A stretch of 62,292 nt of DNA, the filler included. It is 4 parts of 4 records of this genome, joined end to end, with 100 filler letters (N's around TTAATTAATTAA, not from the genome) between each part and the next. Parts side by side here need not be neighbours in the genome. Positions count along the whole stretch, not along the records: positions 1 to 26,539 come from SRR20825006_1506; 3 more parts are not named here. One strand, 5' to 3'. The translations under genes and the position numbers were made by a program. A model generated the notes under the pieces. That model was not told the origin of the DNA. It searched no databases and saw only the letters and a list, made by a program, of their open reading frames with translations. Shown one piece after another: positions 9,286 to 19,337 of the stretch; the first letter of the stretch is position 1; every line of letters begins with the position of its first letter.

Positions 9286-10211
9286 GTAACGGCAAGACCT
9301 GGTTCCACTTTGAAGAGCGCGGCGTGTTCTGGGGCATGCGCCTGATCCTGGCCACCTACGGCTTGCTGGGCCGCGCCGTGTGCCTGTGTCTGGTCAACGC
9401 CGTGGTGCTCTATTACTGGCTCAGCCACAGCAAGGCCCGCGCCGCCAGCACCGATTATCTGCAGCGCATCGCGCAACATCCCAACAGCACCGTGGTCGCC
9501 GACCGCCGCACCAGCCTGCGCCACTTTATGCAGTTCGGCGCCGCTGTGGTCGATAAATTTGCCGCCTGGCGCGGCGATATCACCTTCGAACAGGTCCATA
9601 TTCCCGACCGCAGCCCACTGGAACGCATCCTCGACACCGGCCGCGGCGGCGTACTGATCGGCGCCCACCTGGGCAACATGGACGTGTGCCGGGCCATGTC
9701 GCAAATGCGCGACGACATCCGCCTGAATGTGCTGGTGCACACTCGCCATGCGGAAAAATTCAATCGCCTGCTGGGCGAAATCAGTGACAACGTGAACCTG
9801 GCGCTGATTCAGGTCAGCGAACTGAGTCCGGCTACCGCCATCCTGTTACAGCAACGGGTGGATGCCGGCGAACTGGTGGTCATCATGGGCGACCGGGTGC
9901 CGCTCAGTGGCGGCCAACGCACTGTGCCCGCCCCGTTCCTTGGCGAGCCGGCCCCCTTTCCGCAAGGCCCTTTCATTCTCGCCAGCCTGCTCAAGTGCCC
10001 GGTGCTGACCCTGTTCTGCACCCGCGAAAAAAACCATTTCCAGATTGAATTCCGGCCCCTGGCCGACCGCATTATCCTGCCCCGCCGTGACCGCAACACA
10101 GCCATGGCCGGCTACATTCAGGATTATGCCGCGCAGCTGGAAGCACAGTGCCTGCGCTATCCACTGCAATGGTTCAACTTCTACGACTTCTGGCATCAGG
10201 ATACCCTCTGA
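9282..10211 (+). CDS. LpxL/LpxP-family acyltransferase
   Basis: AHLGNMD (HX4D), MGDR and PLQWFNFY motifs; ATG 9282 overlaps the GT2 stop. Confidence 0.88.
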   Translation: MSNGKTWFHFEERGVFWGMRLILATYGLLGRAVCLCLVNAVVLYYWLSHSKARAASTDYLQRIAQHPNSTVVADRRTSLRHFMQFGAAVVDKFAAWRGDITFEQVHIPDRSPLERILDTGRGGVLIGAHLGNMDVCRAMSQMRDDIRLNVLVHTRHAEKFNRLLGEISDNVNLALIQVSELSPATAILLQQRVDAGELVVIMGDRVPLSGGQRTVPAPFLGEPAPFPQGPFILASLLKCPVLTLFCTREKNHFQIEFRPLADRIILPRRDRNTAMAGYIQDYAAQLEAQCLRYPLQWFNFYDFWHQDTL

Positions 10212-10213
10212 CC

Positions 10214-11773
10214 GTGACTCAACCGCCCACCCCAACCGTTACCTTCGATGGCGCCCCGGTGACCCTGGAACAGGTCTGCCAACTTTCTCGCCGGCAGGCC
10301 AATAGCCGGCTCGGCAACGGCGAATTCCAGCAACGCATTGAGCGCGGCGCGACGTTTCTCGAACGTCTGCTGGCCCGCGAAGGGGTCATCTACGGTGTCA
10401 CCACTGGCTACGGTGACTCCTGCACCACCGCCATTCCGGAAGCCCTCACCGGGCAACTGTCGGAGAAAATATTCACCTTTCATGGCTGCGGGCTGGGCGC
10501 ACACTTTGATGCACAAAGCACCCGCGCCATTCTCGCCGCCCGCCTCACCAGCCTGTGCCGGGGTTATTCCGGAGTGCGCTATGAGCTGCTGCAGCAACTG
10601 CACCGGCTGCTCGACGAAGACCTGCTGCCCCTGATTCCCCAGGAAGGATCGGTGGGCGCCAGCGGCGACCTGACACCGCTTTCCTATGTCGCCGCCGCCC
10701 TGGCCGGGCAGCGCCAGCTACGACAGGGGGAGCAGATTCGCGAGGCATCCGAAGTCTTTGCGGAACGCCACATCCCCCCCCTGACCCTGCGCCCCAAGGA
10801 AGGTCTGGCGGTGATGAATGGCACCGCGGTGATGACCGGCCTCGCCTGCCTGGCGTTTGACCGGGCCAACTATCTGGTTTCCCTGGGCACCCGCATCACC
10901 GCCCTGGCCAGCCTGGCCATTCAGGGCAACGCCTACCATTTTGATGAAGTGCTGTTCTCGGTGAAGCCGCACCCGGGCTCCCAGCTGGCCGCCCGCCGCC
11001 TGCGCGCCGACCTGCAAGCCAGCAACGCCCCCAGCCACGAAGCCCGCCTTCAGGATCGCTACTCCCTGCGTTGCGCCCCCCATGTGCTGGGCGTGCTCAG
11101 CGACACCCTGAGCCAACTGCGCAGCTTCGTGGAAGTGGAACTGAACAGCGCCAATGACAATCCGATTATTGATGGCGACAACGAACGGGTGCTGCACGGC
11201 GGGCACTTCTACGGTGGCCACATCGGCCAGGCCATGGACAGCCTGAAAACCGCCACCGCCAGCGTCGCCGACCTGCTCGACCGGCAACTGGCGCAGCTGG
11301 TGGACGTGAAATTCAACCACGGTCTGCCCGCCAACCTGTCCGGCAGCAGCGGCCCCGGCGCCTGCCTGGACCACGGCTTCAAGGCGGTACAAATTGGCGC
11401 TTCGTCCTGGACCGCAGAAGCACTGAAACTGACCATGCCCGCCACCAGTTTTTCCCGCTCCACCGAGTGCCATAATCAGGACAAAGTCAGCATGGGCACC
11501 ACCGCCGCCCGCGACGCCCTGCGAGTGCTTGAGCTCAGCGAGCAAGTGGCCGCCGCCGGGCTGCTGGCCAGCTGTCAGGCCGTGGAACTGCGCCTGGCAC
11601 AGGACGGGCGCGACATTCACAGCCTGCCACCGGCCCTGCGCGACACCCTGCTGGCGGTGCGCGAAGACAGCGCCCGCATCAACGAAGACCGGGCTCTGGA
11701 ACCGGAACTACGGCAGCTGCTCAGCCGCATCCGCCAACAACACTGGAACCTGTATGCCGACACCAGCGAATAA
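10214..11773 (+). CDS. Aromatic amino acid ammonia-lyase (HAL/PAL/TAL, MIO enzyme)
   Basis: YGVTTGYG, GSVGASGDL (MIO-forming ASG), QDRYSLRC and HNQDKVSMG. Start assigned to GTG 10214, uncertain. Confidence 0.93.
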   Translation: MTQPPTPTVTFDGAPVTLEQVCQLSRRQANSRLGNGEFQQRIERGATFLERLLAREGVIYGVTTGYGDSCTTAIPEALTGQLSEKIFTFHGCGLGAHFDAQSTRAILAARLTSLCRGYSGVRYELLQQLHRLLDEDLLPLIPQEGSVGASGDLTPLSYVAAALAGQRQLRQGEQIREASEVFAERHIPPLTLRPKEGLAVMNGTAVMTGLACLAFDRANYLVSLGTRITALASLAIQGNAYHFDEVLFSVKPHPGSQLAARRLRADLQASNAPSHEARLQDRYSLRCAPHVLGVLSDTLSQLRSFVEVELNSANDNPIIDGDNERVLHGGHFYGGHIGQAMDSLKTATASVADLLDRQLAQLVDVKFNHGLPANLSGSSGPGACLDHGFKAVQIGASSWTAEALKLTMPATSFSRSTECHNQDKVSMGTTAARDALRVLELSEQVAAAGLLASCQAVELRLAQDGRDIHSLPPALRDTLLAVREDSARINEDRALEPELRQLLSRIRQQHWNLYADTSE

Positions 11774-12188
11774 ACGCCTGCAACACAGCATCCAGATTGA
11801 GGTGCCCTTCCACGATGTGGACATGATGGAAGTGGCCTGGCACGGCCACTATGTGAAGTACTTTGAAGTGGCCCGCTGCGCGCTGCTGGAGCAGTTCAAC
11901 TACAACTACCTGCAAATGCGCGAGTCCGGCTACGCCTGGCCAGTCATCGACCTGCACCTGCGTTACGCCCGCCCGGCCCGTTTTGGCCAGACCATCACCG
12001 TCACCGCCACCGTGCGCGAGTGGGAAAACCGGCTGAAAATCAGCTACCTGATCAGCGATGAAAACGGTCAGCGCCTTACCCGTGGCCACAGCATTCAGGT
12101 GGCTGTGGACATGACCAACGAGGAAATGCTCTACGTCAGCCCGCCCGTTCTTCTGCAACGGCTGGGTGTGGAAGGGGAACAGGAATGA
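11754..12188 (+). CDS. Acyl-CoA thioesterase, 4HBT family (ApeK-like)
   Basis: VPFHDVDMMEVAWHGHYVKYFE motif. Confidence 0.9.
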   Translation: MPTPANKRLQHSIQIEVPFHDVDMMEVAWHGHYVKYFEVARCALLEQFNYNYLQMRESGYAWPVIDLHLRYARPARFGQTITVTATVREWENRLKISYLISDENGQRLTRGHSIQVAVDMTNEEMLYVSPPVLLQRLGVEGEQE

Positions 12189-12772
12189 AGCGGCGCGCAC
12201 TGCAATGGATGGTGACGCTGACCCTGCTGCCGTTGTTCGCCCACGCCCTGACACTGGCGGAGATTGAGCAACAACTGGACCCGGCACCAGTCTTGAACGC
12301 AGACTTCCGCCAGCAGCAACACCTGGCCATGCTGTCGCGGCCACTGGTCTCCACCGGCTCGCTGTTATTGATCAAGGGCCACGGCCTGCAATGGCAAATG
12401 AAAGCACCTTTTACCAGCGATCTGAAACTGATCGACGGCACCCTCTACAGCAACGGCCAGGCAGACAGCCTACCCGGTGGCGACGCCTTTTCGCGACGGC
12501 TGATGATGGTTCTGTCCGGCGATTTTTCCGCCCTGGACAACGCCTTTGAGATTGAGGCCAGCGGCCAACCGGAGCAATGGACCCTGACACTGGAACCGCG
12601 TAACGCCACTCTCAAGAAAGTCCTGCACGGCCTGTCCGTTTCTGGCGGCCGCACCCCGGAACAGTTCCGCTTGAACTATCCCAATGGCGATTACAGCGTG
12701 ACCACGCTCAGCAATATCCAGCTCACCGATACCCCCACGGACGACGAGGAGCAGAGGCTTGCGCGCCCCTGA
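12185..12772 (+). CDS. LolA-like lipoprotein/lipid carrier (ApeL-like)
   Basis: Signal peptide; FRQQQHL, PLVSTG, LQWQMKAPF and WTLTLEP motifs. Confidence 0.85.
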   Translation: MKRRALQWMVTLTLLPLFAHALTLAEIEQQLDPAPVLNADFRQQQHLAMLSRPLVSTGSLLLIKGHGLQWQMKAPFTSDLKLIDGTLYSNGQADSLPGGDAFSRRLMMVLSGDFSALDNAFEIEASGQPEQWTLTLEPRNATLKKVLHGLSVSGGRTPEQFRLNYPNGDYSVTTLSNIQLTDTPTDDEEQRLARP

Positions 12773-15116
12773 TCGTCTTGCCGGTTTTCGCCTGAACCGC
12801 CCGCTGGGTGCAGCACTGTGGTGCCTGCTGATTCTGCTCGGCATCACCCTGGCCGCCTCTGGCCTGCGCTCACCCCACTGGCTGAACAGCAACCTGCTCG
12901 CCATGCTGCCACAGGACACCGTGCCCGCAGCGACCCGGCAGGTCAGCGATCGCTACCGGCAAACCTTGTCCTCGACAACCCTGTGGCTGACCCCCGGCGA
13001 CAGCCCCGCCGACGCCGCCCGCCGCACCGAACAACTGCGCCGGGCCCTTGGCGGCAGCGCCCTGTTCGACGAGATCGGCCCGACCCTGTCCGAGCAGGAT
13101 CTGCAGCAACGTTACCGGGCGCTGGCCCCGTACCGCTATCAGCTACTCACCCCCACCGACCGGCAAGCCGCGCTCTCGCAACCGGACGCCCTGATTCAAC
13201 AGGCGCTGGCACGGCTCTATCGTCCCTCCGGCGCCTCCAGCCAGCAGTGGCAAGCGGATCCACTATTCCTTTTCGAACGCTACCTGGCGTCCCTGTCGCG
13301 CAATAGCACAGCGCTGCATAACGGCATCGCCATGCTTTCCCACGGCGACCGCTACTGGGGCATGAGCCTGGCCAGCACTCGCCACGACAGTTTTGCCATC
13401 GATCAGCAAACACAGCTGGATGCGTTCCGCCGGCAGATGCAACAGGATTTCCCCGACACCCTGTTCACTGGCATGCCGTTTTATGCCGCCGCAGGTGCGG
13501 TGAGCGCGGAACGGGAAATTCGCACCGTGGGGCTGTTTTCGCTTGTCTGCATCGTGTTGCTGTTTGTGCTGGTGTTTGCCAGCTTGCGCCCCTTGCTGCT
13601 GGCCCTGATCAGCATCGCCAGCGGCGTCCTCTGGGGGCTGGCCGCCAGCCTGTGGCTATTCGGCGAACTGCATCTGCTGGCGCTGGTGTTCGGCGCCAGC
13701 CTGATCGGCGTGTCGGTGGATTACAGCATTCATTATTTCTGCCATTTACGCGGGCAGCCGGACGCCGCCCCCATTACGGTCCGCAACCGCCTGTTGCCAC
13801 CGCTGGGACTGGCCCTGCTCAGCAGCGTGCTGGGCTACTCCGCCATGGCCTGGGCACAATTCCCCGGACTGCGGCAAGTGGCCGTATTCTCCATCAGCGG
13901 GCTGGTGATGGCCTGGCTCACCGTGATGCTGCTGTTCCCGGCATTGAGCCGACAAACCGGCGCGACCCTGTCGCCCTGGGTGGCGCGTCTGCACCGGATC
14001 ATGGCCCACTGGCAGCGCCTGATCCTGCGCTTTCGCTGGCTGGCACTGGCCGCCGGAGCGGCCATCGTGTCCGGCATGCTGTGGCTGTCTGCAAGTGACG
14101 ATGTGCATGATTACCAGACGCCCCCGGCACACCTGCAGGCCATGCAGACCCAGCTTGGCAAAATCACCGACAACGCACCCGGTGCCTATTTCGTGGTGCA
14201 CGGTCGCGATATCCAGCACTGGTGGCAACGGGAACAACAACTGCACGACGCACTGCAGGCCGCCCATATCGATAGTGATGCCCTGTCGCGCTACTGGGTA
14301 CCGGCGCAACAACAACACACGATCCATACCGCATTGGCCGACGGTGTTTTCCAGCACCCACGCTTTACCCGCTTCAGTGACACCGTGGGCATGACTGACG
14401 CTGCCCGGCAAAAAGTGCAGGCCGATTTCGACCAGCCGGTAACGCCCCTGTCGCTGCCCGACTGGCTACAACGGCTGGACAACCCGGCCCTTTCGCAACT
14501 GTGGCACGGCTGCGACGATCAAGGTTGTCGCAGCCTGGTGCTGGTTCGCGGCAAGGTGGATTCACCGCACGAGACACCACTCGCCACCTTCAACGCGCCG
14601 GATCAGGGCATCACCCTGATCGACGACGCCAGCAGCATCAGCTCGCTGATGGGTACCCTGCGTGACCACCTGCACCTGCTGCTGATTGCTGCCTACGCCC
14701 TCAGCGCCATGCTGCTCACCCTGGCCCGAGGCCCGGTGTTTGCCCTGCGGCTGCTGGCGGTACCCGCGCTGGCCAGCCTGGTAGTGCTGGGCAGCCTGGG
14801 CTGGCTCACCGGCCACTACGGCCTGATCCATGTGCTCGCCCTGTTCCTGATCCTGGGTATTGGCATCGACTACGCCATTTTCTATCAGCAGGATGGCCAT
14901 ACCCCCACTGCCACCCTGGCCGTGCTGTTTTCTGCCACCACCACCTCGCTAAGTTTCGGCCTGCTGGGGCTGAGCGATACCCAGGTGGTGCATGATTTTG
15001 GCTTCAGCGTCTTTATCGGTATTGTGGCCGCGGCCTTGCTGGCACCTCTGTTTGCCGTCACCCCTTCACCTTTACCCCCTGCTTCGGAGAACAGACGCCC
15101 CCATGACCGACACTGA
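12759..15116 (+). CDS. MMPL/RND-family exporter (ApeM-like)
   Basis: Two TM repeats with GVSVDYS and GIGIDYA motifs and large periplasmic loops; start uncertain. Confidence 0.9.
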   Translation: MRAPDRLAGFRLNRPLGAALWCLLILLGITLAASGLRSPHWLNSNLLAMLPQDTVPAATRQVSDRYRQTLSSTTLWLTPGDSPADAARRTEQLRRALGGSALFDEIGPTLSEQDLQQRYRALAPYRYQLLTPTDRQAALSQPDALIQQALARLYRPSGASSQQWQADPLFLFERYLASLSRNSTALHNGIAMLSHGDRYWGMSLASTRHDSFAIDQQTQLDAFRRQMQQDFPDTLFTGMPFYAAAGAVSAEREIRTVGLFSLVCIVLLFVLVFASLRPLLLALISIASGVLWGLAASLWLFGELHLLALVFGASLIGVSVDYSIHYFCHLRGQPDAAPITVRNRLLPPLGLALLSSVLGYSAMAWAQFPGLRQVAVFSISGLVMAWLTVMLLFPALSRQTGATLSPWVARLHRIMAHWQRLILRFRWLALAAGAAIVSGMLWLSASDDVHDYQTPPAHLQAMQTQLGKITDNAPGAYFVVHGRDIQHWWQREQQLHDALQAAHIDSDALSRYWVPAQQQHTIHTALADGVFQHPRFTRFSDTVGMTDAARQKVQADFDQPVTPLSLPDWLQRLDNPALSQLWHGCDDQGCRSLVLVRGKVDSPHETPLATFNAPDQGITLIDDASSISSLMGTLRDHLHLLLIAAYALSAMLLTLARGPVFALRLLAVPALASLVVLGSLGWLTGHYGLIHVLALFLILGIGIDYAIFYQQDGHTPTATLAVLFSATTTSLSFGLLGLSDTQVVHDFGFSVFIGIVAAALLAPLFAVTPSPLPPASENRRPHDRH

Positions 15117-16332
15117 TGTTCTTGTTATCGGCGCCGGCCCCGCCGGCACCATTGCCAGCACCCTGTTGAAGCGGGCCGGACACCGCGTGGCAGTGGTGGA
15201 AAAACAGCACTTCCCGCGCTTCTCCATCGGTGAAAGCCTGCTGCCACAGTGCATGGAATACCTGGAACAGGCGGGCATGCTGGCGGCGGTGGAAGCCGCC
15301 GGTTTCCAGAAAAAAGACGGCGCGGCGTTTGCCTGGGGAGAACGCTCCACCCAGTTCCGCTTTGATGAACAGTTCACTCCCGGCTGGGGCTACACCTACC
15401 AGGTAGAGCGCGACCGCTTTGATGCCCTGCTGGCCGATCAGGCACAACAGCAAGGCGTGCCGATCACTTTCGGCTGCTCACTGGCCGCCATCGAAACCGC
15501 CCACACCGGTATCACCGCGACCCTGGAGCACGAAGACGGCCAGCAACAGACCGTGCGGGCACGCTTTGCTCTCGATGCCAGTGGTTTCGGTCGTGTATTG
15601 CCACGATTGCTGAACCTGGAAAAGCCGAGTAATTTCCCGCGCCGCACGGCGGTCTTCAGCCATATCGATGACCACATCAGTGACCCACATTTCGATCGCA
15701 ACAAGATTCTGATCACCGTGCACCAGCAACGTCAGGACGTCTGGTTCTGGCTGATTCCGTTCCCCGATGGCAAAGCCTCTATTGGCGTAGTCGGCCCGGA
15801 TGACTTTTTTGCAGGCCTGCCCAGCGATAACAGCGACTGCCTGAACGCCGCGGTGGCCGGTGATACCCGGCTGGCTGCGCTATTATCCCGTGCCACCCTG
15901 CGCATGCCAGCCCGGCGTCAGGGCGGCTATTCTGCGTCAGTACGCAGCCTGCACGGTGAGGGCTACGCCCTGCTCGGCAATGCGGGGGAGTTTCTCGACC
16001 CGGTGTTTTCCTCCGGCGTTACCATTGCCATGCATTCCGCCAGCCTGGCCGCCGGCGTACTGGACCGCCAACTGCGTGGCGAAGCCACCGACTGGGAGCG
16101 GGAGTTCGCCCGCCCGCTACAACAAGGTGTGGACACCTTCCGCAGCTACGTGAGCGGCTGGTACGACGGGCGCTTCCAGAACGTGGTGTTCCACCCCAGT
16201 CCGCCGGAGGAGATCAAGCGAATGATCTGTTCCATTCTGGCTGGCTACGCCTGGGATCAGAACAACCCCTACGTACAACACCATCAACGGCGGCTGACCG
16301 CCTTGGCGGAAATATGTGCCGACTCCCTCTAA
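15103..16332 (+). CDS. Flavin-dependent halogenase-like oxidoreductase
   Basis: GAGPAG, FPRFSIGESL, FQKKDGAAF, WFWLIP (WxWxIP) and FLDPVFSSG. Confidence 0.85.
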   Translation: MTDTDVLVIGAGPAGTIASTLLKRAGHRVAVVEKQHFPRFSIGESLLPQCMEYLEQAGMLAAVEAAGFQKKDGAAFAWGERSTQFRFDEQFTPGWGYTYQVERDRFDALLADQAQQQGVPITFGCSLAAIETAHTGITATLEHEDGQQQTVRARFALDASGFGRVLPRLLNLEKPSNFPRRTAVFSHIDDHISDPHFDRNKILITVHQQRQDVWFWLIPFPDGKASIGVVGPDDFFAGLPSDNSDCLNAAVAGDTRLAALLSRATLRMPARRQGGYSASVRSLHGEGYALLGNAGEFLDPVFSSGVTIAMHSASLAAGVLDRQLRGEATDWEREFARPLQQGVDTFRSYVSGWYDGRFQNVVFHPSPPEEIKRMICSILAGYAWDQNNPYVQHHQRRLTALAEICADSL

Positions 16333-16865
16333 CAGCGTCGCTGCTGATAGCACTCCTGTTCAGCCTGCTCGGTGGCTGCCAACTGCTGGCACCGGCAGCG
16401 CCGCCACTCGCGGCCCCACTGCACCATGAGCATCAGCTGGAGCACCTGCTGACCCTCACCCATGACGGGCAACAACTGCGCCTGCGCTGCGTGCTGGAAA
16501 CCGGCAACGGGGAAACCCGGGTCGTTGCGCTGAATGAAGCCGGGCTGGTGCTGGTGCAGATGCGCCAGAACGAGCAGGGCCTGACAGTAGAGCGCTCCGC
16601 ACTGCTGCCCGATACCTTCCCCGCCGAACAGGTGATGGCCGATATTCAGCTGATTTTTTGGCCGGCCAGCGCCATCCAGGCCTCGCTGCCCACCGCCTGG
16701 TCACTGAGCGTCGAAGCCAATTCCCGCACCCTGTACCATAACGGCCAGCCGGTAACACAGGTGCACTATCAGGGCAGCCCCTGGCAGGCCCCCTCGGCGC
16801 TGAACAACCTGCGTTATCGCTACCAACTGAATCTGACGCCCTTGAGTCCAGACGCAACACCATGA
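16314..16865 (+). CDS. DUF3261 lipoprotein (ApeN-like)
   Basis: Lipobox LGGC; ADIQLIFWP motif; position in cluster. Confidence 0.8.
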   Translation: MCRLPLTASLLIALLFSLLGGCQLLAPAAPPLAAPLHHEHQLEHLLTLTHDGQQLRLRCVLETGNGETRVVALNEAGLVLVQMRQNEQGLTVERSALLPDTFPAEQVMADIQLIFWPASAIQASLPTAWSLSVEANSRTLYHNGQPVTQVHYQGSPWQAPSALNNLRYRYQLNLTPLSPDATP

Positions 16866-18046
16866 CAGACGTATATCTCAATCAGGTTGGCCTTCTTTGT
16901 GCCCTGGGCAACGACCGGGAAACGGTGCGCCAGCGCCTGCTGGCCGGCGACCGTAGTGGCCTGCAACTCAGCGACCAGTGGCACCCGGAGCACCCCAGCC
17001 CGGTAGGACAGGTGCACGCCACCCTGCCAGACATCCCGACAGCACTGGCTCGCTTTGCGTGTCGCAACAACCAGCTACTGATGGCGGCACTGGATCAACT
17101 TCGCCCTCAATGGAACGGCCTGACTCAATCAATCCCCCCCAGTCGTATCGGCATTGTGCTGGGCACCAGCACCTCCGGAGTCGACAACGGCGAGCAGGCC
17201 ATGAAAGCCTGGCGGACTCAACAAGCGGCCCCCGACAGCTACCATTATCAGCAGCAGGAACTGGGTAATGGCGCCGACTTCCTCGCCCGCTTGCTGGGCG
17301 TTGCTGGCCCGGCACTGACCCTGTCGACCGCCTGCTCATCAAGCGGCCGTGCACTGGCCACCGCCCGCAGCCTGATCCGCAAAGGCGTCTGCGATGTGGT
17401 CATCGCCGGCGGCGCCGACAGCCTCTGCGGACTAACCTTGCAGGGCTTCAGCAGTCTGGGCGCGGTGAGTCCGACACCTTGCAATCCGTTCAGCGCAAAT
17501 CGCGACGGGATCAACATCGGCGAAGGCGCCGCCCTGTTCTTGCTGTCGGCTACCCCCGGGCCGGTGCGACTGAGCGGCGTGGGCGCCAGCTCCGATGCCC
17601 ACCATATTTCCGGCCCCGACCCACATGGTCGAGGCGCCGTCGCCGCCATGGCCGCCGCGCTGCATGATGCTGGCCTTGCCCCGAACGACATCGACTATCT
17701 GAATCTGCATGGCACCGCCACGACCCAGAACGACATCATGGAAGCCAGAGCCGTTCATGAGCTGTTTGCCGGGCAGGTTCCCTGCAGCGCAACCAAGGCA
17801 CTCACCGGCCACTGCCTGGGCGCAGCGGCGGCTCTCGAAGCGGCACTGTGCTGGCTGTCACTCACTGCCGACCAGCCTGCCTGGCCGCCCCATTGCTACG
17901 ACGGCCAGCGCGATCCAGCTTTGCCGCCCATTAACCTGCTGGACGGCAGCCAACCGGCACCAGCTACCGCGCCACGGCGCTGCCAGAGCAACGCCTTTGC
18001 GTTCGGCGGCAACAACCTGTCACTGATCCTGGAGACCTGCCCATGA
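16862..18046 (+). CDS. Beta-ketoacyl-ACP synthase (ApeO-like)
   Basis: TACSSS, HGT, GHCLGA and FAFGGNN motifs. Confidence 0.95.
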   Translation: MTDVYLNQVGLLCALGNDRETVRQRLLAGDRSGLQLSDQWHPEHPSPVGQVHATLPDIPTALARFACRNNQLLMAALDQLRPQWNGLTQSIPPSRIGIVLGTSTSGVDNGEQAMKAWRTQQAAPDSYHYQQQELGNGADFLARLLGVAGPALTLSTACSSSGRALATARSLIRKGVCDVVIAGGADSLCGLTLQGFSSLGAVSPTPCNPFSANRDGINIGEGAALFLLSATPGPVRLSGVGASSDAHHISGPDPHGRGAVAAMAAALHDAGLAPNDIDYLNLHGTATTQNDIMEARAVHELFAGQVPCSATKALTGHCLGAAAALEAALCWLSLTADQPAWPPHCYDGQRDPALPPINLLDGSQPAPATAPRRCQSNAFAFGGNNLSLILETCP

Positions 18047-18531
18047 GTCCCCCTGTGCAGCAATCCGGCGAATTCCCCGCAGTGGCCGATCTGCTCCCCC
18101 ACAGCGGCGCACTGGTACTGCTGGACCGCATTGTGGCCGCCGATGATGAATCCCTCACCGCCACCGCGCAGGTCACCGCCGACGGTTTATACAACCAGGG
18201 CGACACCGTCCCCGCCTGGGTCAGCATGGAATATATGGCCCAGGCGGTGGCGGCCTTTGCCGGGCTGGCGCCTTACCACAGGGGGGAAGCCATTCCTCTG
18301 GGTTTCCTGCTGGGCAGCCGCCGAGTCGAGTTTAATTGCCCGCGTTTTCCCGTAGGCAGCACGCTCACCATCACCGTGGAAAAAATTCTGCAGGATGACA
18401 GCGGCATGGCCGTGTTTGAATGCCACCTGAGCGGTGATGACGCTCACCCCCAACGCATTCAGGCCAGTGCCCGCCTCAATCTTTACCAACCCACCGACAG
18501 CGATGCTTTTTTGCGAGACAACAATGACTAA
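18043..18531 (+). CDS. Hotdog-fold dehydratase partner (ApeP-like)
   Basis: LLPH, EYMAQAVAA and GFLLGSR motifs. Confidence 0.88.
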   Translation: MSPPVQQSGEFPAVADLLPHSGALVLLDRIVAADDESLTATAQVTADGLYNQGDTVPAWVSMEYMAQAVAAFAGLAPYHRGEAIPLGFLLGSRRVEFNCPRFPVGSTLTITVEKILQDDSGMAVFECHLSGDDAHPQRIQASARLNLYQPTDSDAFLRDNND

Positions 18532-19261
18532 TCCTCCCCGCCCCACCGTTCTGGTTACCGGCGCCAGCCGTGGCATCGGCAAAGCCATCTGCCTGCGCCT
18601 GGCCGAACAGGGCTACGATCTGGTGGTGCATTATCGCCACCAGGCAGAACTGGCCGAACAGGTGGCAGAACAAGTACGCCAACGCGGCGGCGAGGCACGC
18701 ACGCTGGCTTTCGACCTGGCCGACCGCAGCGGTGCCCGCCAGGCGCTGCTCGATGACGTGGAATCCCATGGTGCTTACTACGGCGTGGTCTGCAACGCCG
18801 GGCTCAGTGCCGACAACGCCTTCCCGGCACTCACCGACGAGCAATGGGACAGTGTTGTGCACACCAATCTGGACGGCTTCTACAACGTCTTACAGCCCCT
18901 CACCATGCCGATGATCCGGCGGCGCAAACCCGGCCGCATCGTGGTGTTGTCGTCCGTGTCGGGCATCATCGGCAACCGTGGCCAGGTTAACTACAGTGCC
19001 GCCAAGGCCGGCCTGATCGGCGCGGCCAAGGCACTGGCTGTGGAATTGGGCAAACGCAATATCACCGTTAACTGTGTGGCCCCCGGCCTGATCGAAACCG
19101 ACATGACCGATGAACTGCCCCTGGATGAAATCAAGAAAATGATTCCTGCCCGGCGCGTGGGCCGCCCGGAAGAAGTGGCCGCCACGGTAGCGTTCCTGCT
19201 TTCCGAAGACGCCGGCTACATCACCCGCCAGGTGATTGCCGTCAACGGCGGCCTGTGCTGA
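18524..19261 (+). CDS. fabG: 3-oxoacyl-ACP reductase (ApeQ-like)
   Basis: TGASRGIG, NAG, YSAAK and ITRQVIAVNGG motifs. Confidence 0.95.
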   Translation: MTNPPRPTVLVTGASRGIGKAICLRLAEQGYDLVVHYRHQAELAEQVAEQVRQRGGEARTLAFDLADRSGARQALLDDVESHGAYYGVVCNAGLSADNAFPALTDEQWDSVVHTNLDGFYNVLQPLTMPMIRRRKPGRIVVLSSVSGIIGNRGQVNYSAAKAGLIGAAKALAVELGKRNITVNCVAPGLIETDMTDELPLDEIKKMIPARRVGRPEEVAATVAFLLSEDAGYITRQVIAVNGGLC

Positions 19262-19337
19262 CAGGCGCAAAAGCCCCCCGCAGCGGCTGTGTTAACATGG
19301 CCGCCCTCAGTCCAGCAGGAAAGAATGGAGAACAGGA

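Noticed and set aside
5013-11620. Long antisense ORFs (5013-5948, 8026-9207, 9009-9749, 10718-11620)
   Set aside because: Shadow frames of GC-rich genes with strong codon bias; no motifs.
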